DNA of 12,184 nt from Candidatus Sumerlaeia bacterium (GTDB taxonomy: Bacteria; Sumerlaeota; Sumerlaeia; SLMS01): assembly GCA_038208905.1 (NCBI GenBank), contig JBBQYG010000126.1, positions 1 through 12,184 of the forward strand. Direction: 5' to 3'. This document shows positions 7,254 to 12,184 of this stretch, in pieces. Position 1 is the stretch's first letter. Every line of letters starts with the position of its first letter. The notes under the pieces are model-generated. The model saw only the letters and a list, made by a program, of their open reading frames with translations, was not told where the DNA came from and searched no databases. The position numbers were made by a program, and so were the translations under genes.

Positions 7254-8192
7254 TCAGGTATCGGGAAGCCCGATGGACTGGAGGAAACGGCTGAGTTCGT
7301 CCGGAGTCCCGAAGGGGATTTCAACTGTGCCGGACTGCCCGTCTCGCGAGTGAATCTTCACCCGGCAACCGAGGTGCTCCATAAGTCGGTCTTGCAGAGC
7401 CACGATGTCAAGTTCTTCGGGGCGATTTTTCGCTGAAGTCTTCGCGCCCTGAATTGGCTTCCCGGCCTTCTGGTAGGAGGTGGCCCGCTTTTCGGCTTCG
7501 CGAACCGAAATGCCCTTGGCCACGATCTCCTTCCGCAGCTTGAGACGATAGAAGTTATCGTCCACCGACAGGATCGCGCGGGCGTGTCCCGCCGTCATGC
7601 GACCCTCTTCGAGTTCCAGCAGGATATCGTTGCCAAGCTTCAGCAACCGTAGGGCATTCGCCACCGTGGGACGCCCCTTGCCGACGCGCTGGGCCACCTG
7701 CTCCTGAGACCAGCCGAAGGTGTCCATCAGCTTGCGATAGGCCCGCGCCTCCTCCACCGGGTTGAGGTCGTCGCGCTGGACGTTCTCGACGATGGCGATT
7801 TCAAGCATTTCCTCCCGTGTCATGCTCTGGACGATGGCCGGGATGCGCTCCAGGCCTGCGATTCCGGCAGCCCGGTAGCGGCGCTCCCCCGCTACCAGCG
7901 TGTATTCTGCTTCACCCTTAAGTCTCGTCAGGAGAATCGGCTGAAGAACTCCGTGGTTCTTGATGGACTCGGCCAGTTCCTCCAGTGATTCCTGGCTGAA
8001 GCGCTGGCGCGGCTGGTCGGGGTTCAGCTTAATGGCTGCGCGATCCACGAAGAGGATCGAAGCTTCCGTGGGCAGCATGACCCTGGCAACGGCGGGGGAG
8101 GCCGGAGATGGGGGGATTTCGTGAACGCTGACCTTGGGAGCGCCGAGGAGGGCGCCAAGTCCCTTGCCGAGGGCTGTTCGCTTGGTGCTCAC
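7254..8192 (-). CDS. parB: Chromosome partitioning protein ParB/Spo0J
   Basis: N-terminal LGKGLGALL peptide, NPDQPR, GVLQPI, GERRYRA CTP-binding motif, ENVQRDDLNPVEEA and an HTH. GGAGG RBS. GTG at 8192 overlaps the parA stop (GTGA); GTG at 8195 is the alternative. Confidence 0.97.
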   Translation of the reverse strand: MSTKRTALGKGLGALLGAPKVSVHEIPPSPASPAVARVMLPTEASILFVDRAAIKLNPDQPRQRFSQESLEELAESIKNHGVLQPILLTRLKGEAEYTLVAGERRYRAAGIAGLERIPAIVQSMTREEMLEIAIVENVQRDDLNPVEEARAYRKLMDTFGWSQEQVAQRVGKGRPTVANALRLLKLGNDILLELEEGRMTAGHARAILSVDDNFYRLKLRKEIVAKGISVREAEKRATSYQKAGKPIQGAKTSAKNRPEELDIVALQDRLMEHLGCRVKIHSRDGQSGTVEIPFGTPDELSRFLQSIGLPDT

Positions 8193-9025
8193 CACGCCAC
8201 CTCCCTCGGGCGTACCGGCATCGCGACAAGCCGCGCCAGGACTTCCTTGCTCAGGGACTCATAGGCCCGGGCGCCGACGCCCCAGCGTTCGTAGTCGAAG
8301 ATCGTCTTGCCGTGACTTGGGCATTCCGAAAGCCTGATCGTCCGCGGAATCAGCGTCGAGAGGACCTTGTCCCCGAGGTGCTTGCGCATGTCCTTGATCA
8401 CCTGCTGGGAGAGATTCGTGCGCAAATCCACCATCGTGAGGACGCATCCCAGCATTTCCAGCGAGGGGTTGTGGGTCATGCGGATCTCCTCCAGCGTATC
8501 GAGGAGCATGCTGAGGCCTTCCAGCGCAAGAAACTCACCCTGAACCGGCACCAGTGTGTGCGTAGAAGCGATCAGAATGTTGAGCGTCAGGATTCCCAGC
8601 GACGGGGGAGAATCGATAATGACGATATCGTGAGGCACAGCGAGGAGTCCCAGACAGCGATGCAGGGCCGTATCGCGATCCTCGCCCAGTTTGAGGAGGT
8701 CCATTTCGGCGCGGATGAGGGAGATATTGGCGGGGTAGATGTCCACCCCGGGGTAGGGCGTCGGGCTCCACTGGGGGAGTGCCAGGCCCGACATCAGCAA
8801 ATCGTAGGAGGATGGATTCGTGGTGTACTTCTCCACGCCGAGGGCCGTGGTGGCGTTTCCTTGGGGATCGAGGTCGATCAGGAGGACGCGCTTGCCCAGA
8901 AGGGCCAGCCCGTGGGCGACGTTGACGGCGGTTGTGGTCTTGCCGACGCCGCCCTTCTGGTTGATGACCGCCACGCGGGGGGGGCCGAGTGTTTCACGTG
9001 AAACAGTCTGGTCGGGTTCTTTCAT
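8189..9025 (-). CDS. parA: Chromosome partitioning ATPase ParA/Soj
   Basis: Deviant Walker A NQKGGVGKTT, IDLDPQGNAT, IIIDSPPSLG and IPRTIRLSECPSHG. ATG at 9025 is preferred to 9100. Confidence 0.96.
   Translation of the reverse strand: MKEPDQTVSRETLGPPRVAVINQKGGVGKTTTAVNVAHGLALLGKRVLLIDLDPQGNATTALGVEKYTTNPSSYDLLMSGLALPQWSPTPYPGVDIYPANISLIRAEMDLLKLGEDRDTALHRCLGLLAVPHDIVIIDSPPSLGILTLNILIASTHTLVPVQGEFLALEGLSMLLDTLEEIRMTHNPSLEMLGCVLTMVDLRTNLSQQVIKDMRKHLGDKVLSTLIPRTIRLSECPSHGKTIFDYERWGVGARAYESLSKEVLARLVAMPVRPREVAW
8990..9005. promoter_or_regulatory. parS: parS centromere-like site (ParB loading site)
   Basis: Perfect 16-bp palindrome TGTTTCACGTGAAACA matching the widespread chromosomal parS consensus, next to parAB. 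Confidence 0.95.
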
Positions 9026-9231
9026 GGGGGAGGGGACCCGCCTTCCAATCGCAAGGTTGGGCCAGGGCGGCCACGCATGGTCGAAGAGATGGCGGCGCAA
9101 CCCGCGAAAGTCAATGCCATTTGCCAGAATCCGTGAGCATCGCCCAAGTGCTTACACATCAGCTATCTAGGAAGTTTTATGCAGCAGGGAACGGCGCCTA
9201 AAACACCTCGCGGGCCCCGGGAAAATCCCCG

Positions 9232-9259
9232 TTGACAGTCCCCCGGTCCCGCCTAGCAT
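9232..9259 (+). promoter_or_regulatory. Sigma70-type promoter for the tRNA-Gln/glmU/prs/rplY cluster
   Basis: TTGACA (9232-9237), 16-bp spacer, TAGCAT (9254-9259), about 35 bp upstream of the tRNA. Confidence 0.7.
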
Positions 9260-9293
9260 CGACCTTGCTTGCGCATTTGGTTCAAGCACCTGC

Positions 9294-9369
9294 TGGGGAG
9301 TAGTTCAGCTGGTAGAACGCGGGCCTTTGGAGCCCGATGTCGCAGGTTCGAGTCCTGCCTCCCCAGCCA
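9294..9369 (+). tRNA. tRNA-Gln (anticodon TTG)
   Basis: Acceptor stem TGGGGAG/CTCCCCA, anticodon arm CGGGC-CT TTG GA-GCCCG, T arm GCAGG-TTCGAGT-CCTGC, G discriminator and encoded CCA. The U1-A72 pair is typical of bacterial tRNA-Gln. Confidence 0.97.
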
Positions 9370-9392
9370 ACCACATTCCGCCGCAACCCAAC

Positions 9393-10439
9393 GTGAACCA
9401 ACCATCCACAGCCGCTCCCCCACCCGCCCTCAAGGACGTGACGGCGATCATCCTGGCCGCGGGCCAGGGTAAGCGAATGAAGAGCAACCTCCCCAAGGTC
9501 ATGCATAAAGTCCTTGGCCGTGAAATGCTCGACTACGTCCTCCAGTCGCTCCGCAAGGCCGGCGTCGAGGACTCCATCGTCGTTGTTGGCCACTGCGGCG
9601 ATCAGGTGATCGATTATCTTGGCGACCGCGCCCGGCACGTCTGGCAGAAGCAGCAACTCGGCACCGGCCACGCCGTCCAGTGCAGCCTCCCAGAGATTGA
9701 CCGCTTCGAGGGCGACGTGATCGTGACCTGCGGCGACACCCCGCTCATCTCCTCCAACTGCTTCGAGACCCTTGTCCGCAAGCGTCGCGAGGGGGCCTAT
9801 AGCGCCATGGTCGCCACCATGATCCCCGACGATCCCCGCGCCTACGGCCGCATCAAGCGAGATAAGGATGGCAATGTCCGGGGGATCGTCGAATTCCGCG
9901 ACGCCTCCGAGCAGGAACGCGGCATCCGCGAGGTCAACACGGGCACCTACTGCTTCGAGGCCGAGGCCCTTCGCCTCTCGCTTTCCAAGTTGGCCAACAA
10001 CAACGCCCAAGGCGAATTCTATCTGACGGATACGATCTCCCACCTGCTCCAATCCGGGCGCTCCGTTGGGGCCTATATTCACCCGGACGCCGACGAATTT
10101 ATCGGTGTCAACGACCCATCGGAATTGGCGACGGCGGAGAACCTGCTCTCCAAGCGCGTCAAGTTGTCAATCTTGTCGTCGGGGGTGATTCTCGAGGAGC
10201 CCTACACCATCCGCATCGAGCCCACTGTCCGAATCGGGCCGCGCACCCGTGTGCGGTCGGGGACGATCCTGGAGGGCTACACCACCATCGGCCCCGACTG
10301 CGTGATCGGCCCCCATGTGACGCTGAAGGACGTATTTATCAAGCGCGGCACCACGATTTCGCCTCACATGATCGTCGGACGCCAAGGCGCCGATGGCGAA
10401 GATTCCCCAGAGGATGACGATGCACTCGATTTCCAATAA
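9393..10439 (+). CDS. glmU: GlmU-like UDP-N-acetylglucosamine pyrophosphorylase, C-terminally shortened
   Basis: IILAAGQGKRMKS..PKV, QQLGTGHAV, GDTPLI, YGRI, EVNTGTY and NNAQGEFYLTD, followed by only a few hexapeptide repeats. The ORF-track start at 9327 lies inside the tRNA, so GTG at 9393 (or 9438) is used. Confidence 0.9.
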   Translation: MNQPSTAAPPPALKDVTAIILAAGQGKRMKSNLPKVMHKVLGREMLDYVLQSLRKAGVEDSIVVVGHCGDQVIDYLGDRARHVWQKQQLGTGHAVQCSLPEIDRFEGDVIVTCGDTPLISSNCFETLVRKRREGAYSAMVATMIPDDPRAYGRIKRDKDGNVRGIVEFRDASEQERGIREVNTGTYCFEAEALRLSLSKLANNNAQGEFYLTDTISHLLQSGRSVGAYIHPDADEFIGVNDPSELATAENLLSKRVKLSILSSGVILEEPYTIRIEPTVRIGPRTRVRSGTILEGYTTIGPDCVIGPHVTLKDVFIKRGTTISPHMIVGRQGADGEDSPEDDDALDFQ

Positions 10440-11394
10440 CTCCAAGCCGCCGGTTATCCTTCCCGGGAGCGCCTCCACGGCCCTCGCGGAGGAAGTGGCC
10501 GCCCAGCTCGAACTCCCCGTTGGCGGCGTCGAAGTCCGCAAGTTCTCCGATTCGGAGACCTTCGTGAAGATCGACGATAACATCCGTGGCCGCGATGTCT
10601 TCGTGATCCAGAGCACCAGCCGCCCCACCAATGAAACGCTGATGGAGTTGTTGCTCTTCCTGGACGCCAGCAAGCGCGCCTCCGCCGCCCGAATCACCGC
10701 CGTGGTGCCCTATTTCGGCTACGCGCGGCAGGACCGAAAGGATCAGGGCCGCGTGGCGCTGAGCGCCAAGCTGGTCGCCAACATCATCTCCGCGTCGGGC
10801 GCCGACCGGTTGCTGACGTTCGACCTGCACAGCGGCCAGATTCAGGGCTTCTTCGACATTCCCGTGGATCACCTGCTGGCTGGGCCGACACTGGTGGACT
10901 TTATCTCGCGAGCCGGGGCCGAGCCATTCTGCGTGGTCTCTCCCGACGTGGGTAATGTGAAACTGGCGCGCAACTTCGCCGATCTGCTCCACGCGCCGCT
11001 CGCGATCGTGGATAAACGCCGCCCCGCGCCCAACATCAGCGAGGTCATGTCCATCATCGGAGAGGAGGAGGTGCGTGGCAAAAACGTGCTGATCTTCGAC
11101 GATATGATTGACACCGCCGGGACCATTTGCAACGCATCCCACGCTCTTCGCGAGCGCGGGGCGAAAGACATATACGCCCTGGCGACGCACGGAGTCCTGT
11201 CGGGTCCCGCCGTGGAGCGGCTCCGCCAGTCGGCAATCCGCGAGGTGATCATCACCAACACGATATCCCAGGAGGGGCGCGAACTCGATCCCAAGATCAG
11301 GATCCTCAGCATTGCGCCACTTATCGCCCAGGCGATCGAACGGATTCACAACCACAAATCGGTCAGCGATCTCTTCCGTCAGATGGCCCATTGA
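10420..11394 (+). CDS. prs: Ribose-phosphate pyrophosphokinase (PRPP synthetase)
   Basis: FSDSET, PYFGYARQDRK, DLHSGQIQGFF, SPDVG, DKRRP and DDMIDTAGT. An AGAGGA RBS precedes ATG 10420, which overlaps the end of glmU by 20 nt. Confidence 0.97.
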   Translation: MHSISNNSKPPVILPGSASTALAEEVAAQLELPVGGVEVRKFSDSETFVKIDDNIRGRDVFVIQSTSRPTNETLMELLLFLDASKRASAARITAVVPYFGYARQDRKDQGRVALSAKLVANIISASGADRLLTFDLHSGQIQGFFDIPVDHLLAGPTLVDFISRAGAEPFCVVSPDVGNVKLARNFADLLHAPLAIVDKRRPAPNISEVMSIIGEEEVRGKNVLIFDDMIDTAGTICNASHALRERGAKDIYALATHGVLSGPAVERLRQSAIREVIITNTISQEGRELDPKIRILSIAPLIAQAIERIHNHKSVSDLFRQMAH

Positions 11395-11452
11395 ATTGGG
11401 GTGTCCATTTGCGGGGGGAAGCACCGCGAAGTACCAATAAAGGCAGAGAATC

Positions 11453-12145
11453 ATGGGTGTTTTCGAGTTGAAGGCCGACGTGCGTACCGACTCCGGCAAG
11501 GAGAAGGCCAAGAAACTGCGCCAGCAGGGTCGCTTTCCCGCGATCGTCTATGGCGCCGGCAAGGATCCCGTTTCCCTTTCCCTGGACATCCGCGACGCGG
11601 AACTGGTCCTTGGGCGCATCCACGGAGAGAAGGTGCTGGTGGGCCTTCAGTACGGCAGCGACAAGGACAACGTCTTTGTCCGCAATGTCCAGCGCGACCC
11701 CGTCGTGGACAAGCTCCTGCATATCGACTTCTTCCGCGTCGATATGAGCAAGGAAATGGACACCCGGGTGCCGCTCATCAGCATCGGCGTCCCCGCTGGC
11801 GTTAAGCTGGGTGGTTTGCTTGAGCACGGCGTCCGCGAGTTGGCGATTCGCTGCCTTCCCGGCATCGTTCCCCCCCATATCGAGGTCGCCGTCGAACACC
11901 TCGAGGTCGGCCAGTCGGTCCACGTCCGCGATCTGCCCCCAATCGAAGGCGTGAAGGTGACCACGGCGCCGGATACGGTGCTGTTCCTGGTGGCCGCGAA
12001 GCAGAAGGAAGACGACGCCCCCGTGGGCGCCGCCGCTCCCGCCGCCGCGGCAGCTCCCGCCAAGGCCGCATCCGCGGCCAAGGGCGCGGCACCCGCCGCC
12101 AAGGCTGCCCCCGCCGCCGCCAAGGCACCGGCCAAGAAGAAGTAG
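11453..12145 (+). CDS. rplY: 50S ribosomal protein L25 / general stress protein Ctc (long form)
   Basis: LRQQGRFPAIVYG, VQRDPV...HIDF, GVKLGGLL and LEVGQSVHVRDL, in the usual position after prs. Confidence 0.95.
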   Translation: MGVFELKADVRTDSGKEKAKKLRQQGRFPAIVYGAGKDPVSLSLDIRDAELVLGRIHGEKVLVGLQYGSDKDNVFVRNVQRDPVVDKLLHIDFFRVDMSKEMDTRVPLISIGVPAGVKLGGLLEHGVRELAIRCLPGIVPPHIEVAVEHLEVGQSVHVRDLPPIEGVKVTTAPDTVLFLVAAKQKEDDAPVGAAAPAAAAAPAKAASAAKGAAPAAKAAPAAAKAPAKKK

Positions 12146-12184
12146 GCGGCAGGGAGAAGCAGGAAACCGTAGGGAACGGCAGGG
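12146..12184 (+). repeat. Degenerate 10-bp tandem repeat, same family as 1101-1146, running off the window end
   Basis: agggagaagc / aggaaaccgt / agggaacggc / aggg. Positions 12171-12184 are the exact reverse complement of 1110-1123. Confidence 0.7.

Noticed and set aside
8977..8984. G8 run near the parA 5' end as a phase-variation tract
   Set aside because: The frame is intact, the run is short for a GC-rich genome, and the gene is housekeeping.
9294..9369. tRNA as an integration site for an island
   Set aside because: No integrase or duplicated tRNA 3' end was seen, and the flanking genes are the usual glmU-prs-rplY context.
10339..11511. 390-aa - strand ORF, and similar antisense ORFs over glmU, parA, tolA and rplY
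   Set aside because: These are shadows of well-conserved genes on the opposite strand.

Overview
High-GC region of a probably diderm bacterial chromosome, likely near the origin, made up mostly of housekeeping genes. From left to right: a class I mannose-6-phosphate isomerase (+); a PilZ/Ig-like protein and a one-TM hypothetical protein (-); two exported thioredoxin-fold proteins (+); a 263-bp convergent gap that can fold into a long imperfect hairpin (candidate ncRNA); a tight parA-parB-tolQ/exbB-tolR/exbD-tolA/tonB run (-) with a perfect parS site inside the 5' end of parA; and a divergent tRNA-Gln(TTG)-glmU(shortened)-prs-rplY cluster (+). I saw no transposase, integrase, phage gene or CRISPR array. 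The best leads are the candidate structured RNA, a 10-bp-period G-rich repeat found after two different stop codons, the parAB-Tol/Ton coupling without tolB/pal, and the C-terminally shortened GlmU. All calls come from reading the sequence by eye. No searches or folding programs were run.
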